Assembly (NCBI GenBank): GCA_001600815.1 | Contig: BCKZ01000019.1 | Span: 373,981 to 437,980, forward strand | DNA length: 64,000 bases | Direction of reading: 5' to 3' | DNA from: Alloascoidea hylecoeti | Taxonomy: Eukaryota | Shown here: positions 1-10,409 of the stretch, piece after piece | How positions within the stretch are numbered: position 1 is the first letter of the stretch | How the letters are laid out: every line of letters starts with the position of its first letter | Notes under the pieces: generated by a model | Told to the model about the DNA's origin: nothing | The model's input: only the letters and a program-made list of their open reading frames with translations | Database searches by the model: none | Program-made: the position numbers and the translations under genes

Positions 1-334
1 TTTGAAAATGTTTGAAAATACGATATCAGAGATTCAGAGGTAGTTTAATTATAAGCATAAACTTATTTAAAAGTATCAATTTTGACAGAATAGGTGTAAA
101 CGTTTGATATCAAGCGTCAAATGTAACGTTACAGATAAGCTTAAATATTTTACTATGATATTAATTAATATTATAAATTATTAATAATAATATGATAGAA
201 TATATATTGATGAAAAAGGGTATAGTCATATTTTAAAATATATACTGTTTAGCTTATAATAGCTATGATATAAACTATATTCCATGCCATGATAAGAAGT
301 AACCAAAATAAATACAAAAACCTTTAATTAAAAT

Positions 335-1810
335 TTAACCTCTTGAACCTTTTAAATTTGAACCTTTTGAACCTCTTGAACTCCTTGGTGATTGTTCCTG
401 TTTAACCTGTTGAGCTCTCTGAGCTGCTTGAATTTGTTGAACTTGCTGAGCTTGCAATTTCTGAACTTGATGAACTTGATGAACTTGATGAGCTTGTTGT
501 AATTGAGAATTACGTTGTGATCTTGATCTTGATTGAGAAAATTGTTTTTGTTGTAAAACCATTGAATTTTGATTAACACAAATAATATCATTTGGATTTT
601 CAACACTAATCATACATGCTTCTCCAAGTATTCTTCCAACACCTGAATTATCTGAACTTTTTGGTGCAAAAGCTTTTGAAAACATTTCTCTCATTCTAAA
701 AAAATTTGTTCTAACAACAGTTGGTAATATAACTTTACTTTCTAAAGGTATTGGTTCAACTCTTTGAACACCAGAATAAACTTCTTCAACTTCTTCATCT
801 TCATCTATTGGACCATTTTCTTCTTTTTCAATTGCTAAATGTTGAGCATTTAATAATTCTGTATTTATTGCATGCTTTCTTCTTTGATAATTTGATAATA
901 AAACATCATAAGTTGCTGATCTACCAGGAACTGATCTTTTTGCAGACATTGAATGTGTTTTACAAGTTAATGATCTTGCACAATATTTACCATTTGGTAA
1001 TTTAACACCACATTGAATTTCAATATTAACTGGTGCATTTTTTTTAGAAATTTGTATTGGTTTTTTAGATTTTAATTTTTTTGTTGTTGATGATTCAAGT
1101 TTTTGCTTCCTTGTTTTTTTATTATTATTTTTTTTATATTTAGTTGGAGTTAGATTATCATTATCATTATCAATTTCATTATCAATTTCATTATCATTTT
1201 CATTATCATTTTCATTATCATTTTCATTATCAGATATTGAGAATGCTTTTCTTTTTTTATTTGGAGTTCCTGGTCTTGAAGAACCATAATCTGAATCACT
1301 TAAAAATGCTGATGACATTCTAACAGATTCACTTCTTTTATTATTATTTTTAATGATTTTTAATGATTTTATTTCTTCTTGTTTTAATTGTTGTTTTTTA
1401 ATACATTTTGTAATATGATTTGAAATAACAGATGATAATATTGGTCTTGAACAATAATTACAAATTCTATAATCTAAAGGTTCAGATAAAGGATTTTTTG
1501 ATTTAAATGATGACGTTAGTGTTAATGAAGAATTTGGTAAAGATGATAATGATTTAACATGAGGATCTGATTCTGGAGATGAATGATCTAAATCATCAAT
1601 ATATGAACCAAAATCTTTCCAAACGACTATTTTAGGTGATGATTTTTTCGTTTTATTGATCATGTTGTTTAAATGTGATGGAGTTTTATCAGTATCATCA
1701 TTATCATTATTTGTTTTAGATTTTGTAGTACCAAAGACTTGTTTTAAAATGGAATCGGATACATGAAGTTGTTGTCCTTTACTCTCGATGTTATTATCTA
1801 TGAAATTCAT
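335..1810 (-). CDS. SGF73: SAGA deubiquitination-module subunit Sgf73 / ataxin-7 family
   Basis: N-terminal zinc finger YRICNYCSRPILSSVISNHITKC; SCA7 domain QCGVKLPNGKYCARSLTCKTHSMSAKRSVPGRS; N/D/E-rich and Q-rich low-complexity tracts. Confidence 0.9.
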   Translation of the reverse strand: MNFIDNNIESKGQQLHVSDSILKQVFGTTKSKTNNDNDDTDKTPSHLNNMINKTKKSSPKIVVWKDFGSYIDDLDHSSPESDPHVKSLSSLPNSSLTLTSSFKSKNPLSEPLDYRICNYCSRPILSSVISNHITKCIKKQQLKQEEIKSLKIIKNNNKRSESVRMSSAFLSDSDYGSSRPGTPNKKRKAFSISDNENDNENDNENDNEIDNEIDNDNDNLTPTKYKKNNNKKTRKQKLESSTTKKLKSKKPIQISKKNAPVNIEIQCGVKLPNGKYCARSLTCKTHSMSAKRSVPGRSATYDVLLSNYQRRKHAINTELLNAQHLAIEKEENGPIDEDEEVEEVYSGVQRVEPIPLESKVILPTVVRTNFFRMREMFSKAFAPKSSDNSGVGRILGEACMISVENPNDIICVNQNSMVLQQKQFSQSRSRSQRNSQLQQAHQVHQVHQVQKLQAQQVQQIQAAQRAQQVKQEQSPRSSRGSKGSNLKGSRG

Positions 1811-2408
1811 TAATAAAACGAAATATATAACAAGAAATGATATATATTATTTTTGTATCCTTTTTTTGTGTTTGTGTCTTCGTAGCCACAGTAGTTCAGA
1901 AAAAGTAAAAAATTAATAGTCTACACATACCAAGACCAGATTCAAATTCAAATTCTTTGGTTTTAAACTTATGATTAATCATGTTTAATACAATGAATGA
2001 TGTATTAATCTCCAGTGATAAATAAATAAATAAATAAATAACCCTTTTTAAATAAATAAAAATATTAAATTTTGTTTTTTATTTCCATTAATTATTTCTG
2101 CAATTTTGGTTTTTTTCTCCAATTAATTTTATTTCCATGTGGGTGGACGGGTGTCCGTCTTCTCGAGCATATTTGGAGCGGCCGGCGGGTGCGCATTTGG
2201 CATCCGTGGAGGCAGGCCAATTGGTGTGGCATTTGGCCGGCGCTTTGTGATACATGACATTTTAGTTAAATGATCATAGAGATATCATGAGATATGTAAA
2301 CTTTCTGAATATATTTGATTCCGTTTGCCACTTTTGTTTGCCACCTTTTCTTTTCCTCTCAATCTTACAATTATCTGATTTCAAATTTCAACAATATAGA
2401 ATATTAAT

Positions 2409-3058
<650 letters not shown>

Positions 3059-3534
3059 TCGTCTTATATCATAAGCTTATTACATTTGAAAATCCTTTTT
3101 TTTTTTTTAACTTGGCTTGTGTGTTTATGTTTATCTTTAATTTAGTGAATTTATTTACTTTTATATTTATCAATTATTGCTATGATACCTTTAAATTGTT
3201 TTAATAAATCAAAATATATGTGATCATCATTATCATCCTATAGGATATCGTATCTATACATGATCTTTAGTGTCTATCGGATCGGATAAGCATACAAATT
3301 TGCCGAAGTATACCATATTAAAGGAAATCTAAAAGCTTAAGAATTGAAAAAATCCTTATAATTGCATCATCATTTGAACATTAATGTATTAAGGTTGAAA
3401 TCATGACAAATCGTGAACTATTATTAATAACTTTTATTTTGTAAGTACATGATTAACAAATCATATTATTAAACTGATCATGATCATTATAATTGCTTTT
3501 GATGATTATATAATTTATAGGGACCTCGTTCTAA

Positions 3535-4754
3535 CTACTTTTTTTTTCCAATTTTCCTCGCAACTCCTCTTGCTGGATCCCATTCATAAAGATCATATTC
3601 CTTCTTTTCTTTCACTCTTTCTAACCATATTTCACACTCTGAAAATTCATAAACTGTTATACCATCATACAGTACATCTCCTATTAATATAAACCATTGA
3701 ATAAATGAAAATAAGGTAAGAGCTATCAGTTAAATAACAAAATGTTAGTTTATTGATTGTTTAAATATTGCAACTTGAAAATGCATACCTCTTTTAACTC
3801 TATGAATTTTATACTGATAATAACTCCAGATTAGAACAGCACCCAACCCTGATAAATAAATAATTCCTTTCCGTCTTAGTTTATAAGATTTAGAATCCTT
3901 GATTGAACATTGAAGGGATAGAAATATCCAAGTTATTGTTAAGAAAGTATATGAAGTGAGCATGGTGTTTCGATCAGATGGATCATCAGAAGGAGTGATA
4001 CACACTGAACAATAAAAAATTGTTAATTATATATGAAATATGACTGTAAATGACCATAACTTACCCCATCCAGCATAGGCTATTGTTCTTAAAATACCAG
4101 TAAAAAGAAGATATTTTGAAAGATTTGAATTTCGAGATCTTGCGATTAAGTACCAAGTAAGAACCATAAGAAATTTAGGACCTGTTTAAACCCAATTTCA
4201 ATTACAATTAAAATTGATTGGAGATATTATTATTATTCATGGTTGAACATAATTTAAAAAATCAAATATCTAATACTTACCCATGGTAATAGCAATTGTC
4301 ATTTTGAAAAAGCTTCGTTCTGGATACTTTGCAGATATAATATCAGATAGTTCGATAATACTATAAATAGTTATTATTACATTAATTAAGAATAAATATT
4401 AATTGATACTTACACACCATATAAGGAATATAATTCGCGTCCTCGATGGATTAATGCAATAACCAACACAATGAAAAAAGAGGCTTAATATATGATATAT
4501 CAATGACAAGCATAGCAAAACAATTAGTTTTCGAAATTAGATAGTTTTTTATTTCTATCAAAAACAAATTTGAGGATATATACAAATTATTGTAAATGTA
4601 TGAAAAATCGATACATCTTTTGCATCTATCTGTATCATATATCAAAGTTGGTTAATAGTTATATGATTAACAGAAGAGCAATCAGCAATGATATATAATA
4701 TTGTAATGAATACAAACATACAGCAACTCGATTTTTCGATTCAAATCTCAACAT
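3535..4754 (-). CDS. Stand-alone PGAP2/Frag1 (Cwh43 N-terminal domain-like) membrane protein, 7 exons, 249 aa
   Basis: Exons spliced by hand: 4754-4722, 4629-4584, 4483-4414, 4360-4281, 4181-4065, 4004-3789, 3722-3535 (750 nt, open frame, all introns GT-AG). The product has KYPERSFF..IAITMGPKF, GILRTIAYAGWVCITPSDD, YQYKIHRVKRALTLFSFIQW..GDVLYD, collinear with Cwh43 N-domain motifs (RYPERS..GPRF, GW.Y.TSTDD, QHKVH..GAY..YA.FEW). Confidence 0.85.
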
Positions 4755-5230
4755 GATGGTGAGGAATTTGTGTTTTTTTGGGGGGATTGATGGCTATGTT
4801 ATAAATTATTATGTAATATCGGGAGGATGAATTATTTCGCACATATGTAGTATGCGTAATTAACCACTCTGTAGATAGGCAATTGGTAGCTGTAAGACCT
4901 AATTTTAATAATTTTAATCTCATGATCAACATACGATATTTGTAGATATTACCATGACTAGATGAAAAAAGATTATATTTAGGATGATAAGGTTATATGA
5001 AGGCTATGTATTACGTAAAGGGCTAGGTCCAAATCATGTGTGGCGATGGATCATAATTTATTAACGACAATGACACTTTTGATTTGTTTTTGAGACAACA
5101 TTTAAACCATTTAAATAGAGATCCATATTCCCATTCTTTTTTTTTCCTTCTTCTTAATTGCCTTTTGAAATTTATTTTACAACCGAATTATATCTAAACT
5201 TCAAATATTTTACATAGAGTTGAATGAAAT

Positions 5231-8200
5231 ATGGTGTTTTTTGACGTTGATGCACTTCGATTATTAGAGTTAATCATATCTGGAGTTCAAAGATTAAATG
5301 ATAAAATTGAAAATACAAATGATGAAAATATTAGAGAATTTTCACAATCTGTATTTGTTAAAAATATTTATAATCTTTATAAATTAATTAAATATAAAGA
5401 TGATTTAAAATCTCCAAATTTAAATTCCTCAAATTTAAGAATGGCTTATAATTTATTAAAACCAATTGAATTTAGAATTTCTGAATCTGATGAAATATTA
5501 AGTGAATATGTTGATGATTTTGAAATTAATGATAATAATATTATTAGTAACGATGGTTCTTTATCTCCTGGTAGATCTCCTGGTAGATCTCATGGTAGAA
5601 GGTTAGGTCATAAACGATCAAGGAGTTTATTATCAAGAATGAGAAATAAATTACATTGGAATTCAGATTCAAAACGTCTTGCAAAATTAGTACAAGAAAG
5701 TGAAAAAATGAGTCAAGTATTTGTTGAATTTATGGAACAAAATAAAAAACAATTACAATTAACTAAACTTCAACAACCAAAAGAAGAAGAATCAACAAAT
5801 TTAATTCAAAATTCAAAAAAACAAGATTATGATGATTGTAAAGTTGGATTATTATTACCATTTGAAAGAAATTCTAAATTTACTGGTAGAGAAGAAGTTT
5901 TAAATCAACTTGATGATATATTAACATCTCATAATCCATTACAAACATTTAAAAGAAAATCAATTATATTACAAGGTATGGGAGGTATTGGAAAATCTCA
6001 AATATGTCTTCAATATGCTTATAATAATGAAAAACTTTACGATTCAATACTTTGGATTGATGCAACAAACAATCAAACAACAGATAGATGTTTAAAAGAT
6101 ATTTTTGATGATTTAATATCATATTATACATCATCATCAAAATCATTTAGAAAAATAAGTAAATTATTTGGTATGCCAGAATTACTTGATTGTAATGGTA
6201 ATATTCAAACAGAAAATAATCCAAATAATGAAGAAATGATATCAACATTAAAATTATTAGCATTATCATCAAATCAAAATAAAAAAGATAATAAAATTTT
6301 CATTAATCAAAATCAACAAATTCATAAAGCAATTAAAAATTGGTTATCAAATCCAAAAAATATGAATTGGTTATTAATTATTGATAATATGGATAATCCT
6401 GATTTTCAATTAAATAATTTAAATTTCTTAATACCAAATGTTGATTGGGGTCATATAATAACAACAACAAAATTATCATCATCATTATTTTCAATAAGTT
6501 CAAGTTCATTATCAATTAATAATAGTTCATTTAAAGTTCACGAAACAATTGAAATTAAAGATTTTGGTGAAGAAAATAGTTTTAATTTATTATTAAAAAC
6601 TTCTGGTAAAATTTTAGATGAATTAACAAATGAAGAATTAAAATGTTGTAAAGCAATTTGTTTAGAATTAAATAATCATCCATTATCAATATCAATTGCT
6701 GGATCATATATTTTTGAAACTTGTTGCTTATTTGATGATTATTTAAATCATTTAAGAAATGATGTTGATATTTTTAAACCTGAACGTGATGAAACTTTTG
6801 AAGTTGTTTTTCAATTATCATTAAATTGTTTAAATGATTTTGAAAAAAAAATTTTAAATATTTGTGGTTTTTTAGCAAATGAAAATATACCGAAAATTTT
6901 ATTAAAAGAAATAATTAATGTTTATAACAATGATCATAATAATAATGAAGATGATAATGATAATGATAATGAAATTGAAAATTTAAAAACTTTTAATATG
7001 GCAATTAATAATCTTGATAGATATTCAATGATTACAAGATTACAAGATACAGGATCAATTAGAATTCATCCACTTTTACATAATTGGTTTAATATTCAAA
7101 TGAATAAAGATTTAAAAAAACCAATTTCAAAAATGATTTTAATTGCAATTTATCAATTAACTTGTTATAAAAATAATGAAAGTTTAATTTATGATCGAGA
7201 TTTTTGTTTTAAAATTTTATTACATATTCAAAAAATTATCGAAATGTTAAATACAATATTTTGGAATAGTAATGATAAAGAAATTTTAGATTATTCATGG
7301 AAATTAGGTAATAATATGAATTTTTTTAAACATTATCAAGAATCTGAATCATTATTTACTTATTCAATGATAAGATATGAAAATTTATATCTTAATAATA
7401 ATTTAGATAGATTAAATGTTTGTTATAATTGTGGAATTTCAAATTTAAATATTGATAAACCAATTGAATCAATTGAAATTTTAAAAAAATGTTTAAATAA
7501 TAGATTTAAAATTAAAGATTCATTATTGGAACCAACAGAATTACAAATTAAATATCAAATTGCAAAAGCTTATGAACAATCAAAAGATTATGAAAATTCA
7601 AAAAAATATTTAATTGATTGTATTGAAATAAGTAAAAATGAAATTCAAAATCAAAAATTAGAATTAAAAATATCAAATGAATCAATAAATTCAACATTTA
7701 TGTTAGCAATAAATTATAGTCGTTTAGGAGATTATGAAACTTCAGCAATTATATTATTAAATGGTTTAAAACTTTGTAAAAAAAAATATCCAGGAAATCC
7801 ATCAAATAAATTTACACCAAAATTTTATGATGCTTTAGGTACAATTTTTTTTAAATTAGGAAAATATATGAAATCAGAAAAATATTTAAGAAAAAGTTTA
7901 ACATTATATAAATTAATTTTAAATGATGATGATCATCCAAAATTATTAGGTATTTTGGTTAGTTTAGGTGATGTTTATTTACATGGTGATGAAACAAAAT
8001 TAGCGTTACAAATTTATGAAGCATGTTTAGAAGAATATGATGAAGTTTGGGGTTTTACAAGTTCTGATAGTTTAGATGTTGCCAGAAGAATTTCAGAATG
8101 TTATTTAATTCTTGGTAATGATGAAAATGCAAAAAAAATTCTTGAAAATAGAGATACAAGTTTAAAACATGTTTTAACTGATGAAGGAATTTATACACCA

Positions 8201-9319
8201 ACAAATCTTATTAAAAGACACGATTCTCAAGTTAAATTACAAAGTGTTTATAGGAAACTTTTAAAAAAAGGATTAACAGATCAAAATTTAGATGACAATA
8301 AAACATCATCAATTGTACTTCATGATGGTAGAAGAGCATCTCATACACCATATCCAGGGAGATCAACATCTCCATTAGCAAAATTTAACACACCTAGTTC
8401 TGATCTTCATGAGAAATTACAAACGTTAGAAATTCAAGATTTACAACTTCAAATTGGTGAAAATAATGAAATATTAATGCCATCATTACCTGGTTTAGAT
8501 TCAGTAACAATGGATGAAATGTCACCATTATCACCTGAAGGACAACACATGTTTTTATCAGGTGTATTAAGTCCTGAAGGTAAAGATCATAATGAAAAGC
8601 CTCTTCCTTCATTACCTGTTGTGGGCGGATCAAATAATCTAGAAGATGATGATGTTTTCTTATTTTCTTTTCCATCTATTAGAAGAAATAAAAGTAATCA
8701 ATCGGAACAGAATGATTCTTTACCATATCCAGATAGAGGGACACATGAATCAGATACTCAAAATTCACATGTACCATATCCTAGTTTAAATCTAGAAGGT
8801 CTACAATTGAGTGATTTAGATAATGAATTTGGATTTCAAGAACAAGTGCAACAACCAGTTAAAAGTAGAGCAGGTTCAGCAGTCCCATATCCAACAACTC
8901 AGGGTTTAACATTTGGGGGATATGATTATCAACCACAAGATGAAGTTCAGAGTCCAAGTTCACCGTATCCAACAACTGACGGTCTGAAACTATCTACATT
9001 TAATTATTCCCAAGACGAAGAAGAATCGGATCAACATCAAAGTCCTAGTTCACCATACCCCACAACTCAAGGATTAAACCCGTTTAGATCTGAAGATTAT
9101 CAAACACAAGATGGCGATTCGGATAAAAATAAAAGCCCACCGTATCCAACAGACGATGATTCTCAACATGGGACAGAATCCCGTTCACCATATCCACAAA
9201 TGGACGCAGATGACAAAGTTGATAAAGAAAGACCGGCACTGCCATATTTCAACAGTGAAATGAACATTGAGGATATTTCAGCAGAACAGAAGGAAGCATT
9301 TAACGTAGATATATATTAG
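5231..9319 (+). CDS. NLR-like STAND protein: helical N-terminal domain + NB-ARC + TPR repeats + PYP-repeat acidic tail
   Basis: LPFERNSKFTGREEVLNQL; P-loop GMGGIGKS (5975-5998); ILWIDAT; Walker B WLLIIDNMD; GHIITTTK; HPLSISIAGSYI; IHPLLH; TPR-like units such as YDALGTIFFKLGKYMKSEKYLRKSL and DHPKLLGILVSLGDVYLHGDETKLALQIYEACL. Confidence 0.9.
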   Translation: MVFFDVDALRLLELIISGVQRLNDKIENTNDENIREFSQSVFVKNIYNLYKLIKYKDDLKSPNLNSSNLRMAYNLLKPIEFRISESDEILSEYVDDFEINDNNIISNDGSLSPGRSPGRSHGRRLGHKRSRSLLSRMRNKLHWNSDSKRLAKLVQESEKMSQVFVEFMEQNKKQLQLTKLQQPKEEESTNLIQNSKKQDYDDCKVGLLLPFERNSKFTGREEVLNQLDDILTSHNPLQTFKRKSIILQGMGGIGKSQICLQYAYNNEKLYDSILWIDATNNQTTDRCLKDIFDDLISYYTSSSKSFRKISKLFGMPELLDCNGNIQTENNPNNEEMISTLKLLALSSNQNKKDNKIFINQNQQIHKAIKNWLSNPKNMNWLLIIDNMDNPDFQLNNLNFLIPNVDWGHIITTTKLSSSLFSISSSSLSINNSSFKVHETIEIKDFGEENSFNLLLKTSGKILDELTNEELKCCKAICLELNNHPLSISIAGSYIFETCCLFDDYLNHLRNDVDIFKPERDETFEVVFQLSLNCLNDFEKKILNICGFLANENIPKILLKEIINVYNNDHNNNEDDNDNDNEIENLKTFNMAINNLDRYSMITRLQDTGSIRIHPLLHNWFNIQMNKDLKKPISKMILIAIYQLTCYKNNESLIYDRDFCFKILLHIQKIIEMLNTIFWNSNDKEILDYSWKLGNNMNFFKHYQESESLFTYSMIRYENLYLNNNLDRLNVCYNCGISNLNIDKPIESIEILKKCLNNRFKIKDSLLEPTELQIKYQIAKAYEQSKDYENSKKYLIDCIEISKNEIQNQKLELKISNESINSTFMLAINYSRLGDYETSAIILLNGLKLCKKKYPGNPSNKFTPKFYDALGTIFFKLGKYMKSEKYLRKSLTLYKLILNDDDHPKLLGILVSLGDVYLHGDETKLALQIYEACLEEYDEVWGFTSSDSLDVARRISECYLILGNDENAKKILENRDTSLKHVLTDEGIYTPTNLIKRHDSQVKLQSVYRKLLKKGLTDQNLDDNKTSSIVLHDGRRASHTPYPGRSTSPLAKFNTPSSDLHEKLQTLEIQDLQLQIGENNEILMPSLPGLDSVTMDEMSPLSPEGQHMFLSGVLSPEGKDHNEKPLPSLPVVGGSNNLEDDDVFLFSFPSIRRNKSNQSEQNDSLPYPDRGTHESDTQNSHVPYPSLNLEGLQLSDLDNEFGFQEQVQQPVKSRAGSAVPYPTTQGLTFGGYDYQPQDEVQSPSSPYPTTDGLKLSTFNYSQDEEESDQHQSPSSPYPTTQGLNPFRSEDYQTQDGDSDKNKSPPYPTDDDSQHGTESRSPYPQMDADDKVDKERPALPYFNSEMNIEDISAEQKEAFNVDIY

Positions 9320-9472
9320 GTGCATAGTTAAATAAATAGCAAATAAACGGCAGTCAATTAGCAATATCCTGCGCATAAATGTTATGCGTAGTTTCAGAAG
9401 ACGGCATAAAACATTAAAGTTGTTTTTTGACAGCTCCTCTTCTGAAAAAGATCCAAACCACCAAAACAAAAA

Positions 9473-10189
9473 ATGGAAGAAGAACAAATTATTTCCACCG
9501 ATTCTGGAAAAGAGACACTCATAACAAATACTGCCGGTCTCAATCGTTCTTTGGAAACCTCCTCGGATGTCCATCTGTCCTTGTCCCGTTCGTCCACTCC
9601 TTCCATATCTGGTGCTCCACGTCGTACTAATCCCCCGCAATCTGATCCCTTGAAAACCCCAACCGTCAGAGAATTGGAGGAAGAAGGTGCTCTTATTAGT
9701 GGTGAAGAAGTGGCAATTTCCGATTTAAGTCATGCCCAGCAGGATTATTTGAGTGATGAAGCAAAAGTCAAAAAACAACAAGAATATGGGGAAGAGGCAA
9801 CAGATCTCAAAACGAGTAGAAAATCAAATAAAATATCAATTAAAGATTTATTATCTTCTTCTTCTTCTTCAAATAACTCAAACAACCCAAAAATTAAATC
9901 TCCATTATTAACACCTGAAATTCCATTGAATACTTTGATATCTAGAGATGTTTCAATCCATTCACATGATGATACTCCACATACTCCATCAACTCCAAAA
10001 CGTCCTCCATTAAAACAGACAAGCTCAAGTTGTTCAACTGCAACGGTTCATGATTTACAACAAGAGGGTGCTTTATTGGATGATGCTTATATCAACCCGG
10101 ACCAAGCTGATGTTTATCAAAGAGCCTTGAAAATGGCTGAAGATGGTGTTGTTGTTAATGTTAATTTAGAGGATTCCGACAAAGAATAA
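9473..10189 (+). CDS. Hypothetical disordered protein with a duplicated TV(R/H)(E/D)LxxEGAL motif
   Basis: 238-aa ORF with an A-rich start context (AAAAAATGG); two related segments PTVRELEEEGALI and ATVHDLQQEGALL; no recognisable domain. Confidence 0.75.
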   Translation: MEEEQIISTDSGKETLITNTAGLNRSLETSSDVHLSLSRSSTPSISGAPRRTNPPQSDPLKTPTVRELEEEGALISGEEVAISDLSHAQQDYLSDEAKVKKQQEYGEEATDLKTSRKSNKISIKDLLSSSSSSNNSNNPKIKSPLLTPEIPLNTLISRDVSIHSHDDTPHTPSTPKRPPLKQTSSSCSTATVHDLQQEGALLDDAYINPDQADVYQRALKMAEDGVVVNVNLEDSDKE

Positions 10190-10409
10190 AATGCTTTACA
10201 ATTGTTATTAAAATCAGATATCTCATAATTATAAATGATATTCTTAAAAAAAATAGATAAATAGATAAATGAATAAATAGATAAATAAAATATACTCGTA
10301 AAATGCCTTTCAATGTTCTAATTCTAATTCTAGATCTATATTTTTTATTGTAAGCTACATATATCTCACAACAAATAATAGAATATAAATATTTGAGTAA
10401 ATGCTATAC

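Noticed and set aside
352..1005. Short ORFs overlapping SGF73, and similar shadow ORFs within the NLR, NTH1, SOK1, SFK1, TF, COX10, YVH1 and CDC60
   Set aside because: Alternate-frame or antisense by-products of real genes, with no motifs.
3745..4005. 86-aa minus-strand ORF as an independent gene
   Set aside because: It is exon 6 of the spliced PGAP2-like gene reading into an intron.
5231..5500. Amyloid signalling motif (HET-s, sigma or PP type) in or near the NLR
   Set aside because: No G/N/Q-rich pseudo-repeat seen at the NLR N-terminus or in flanking ORFs.
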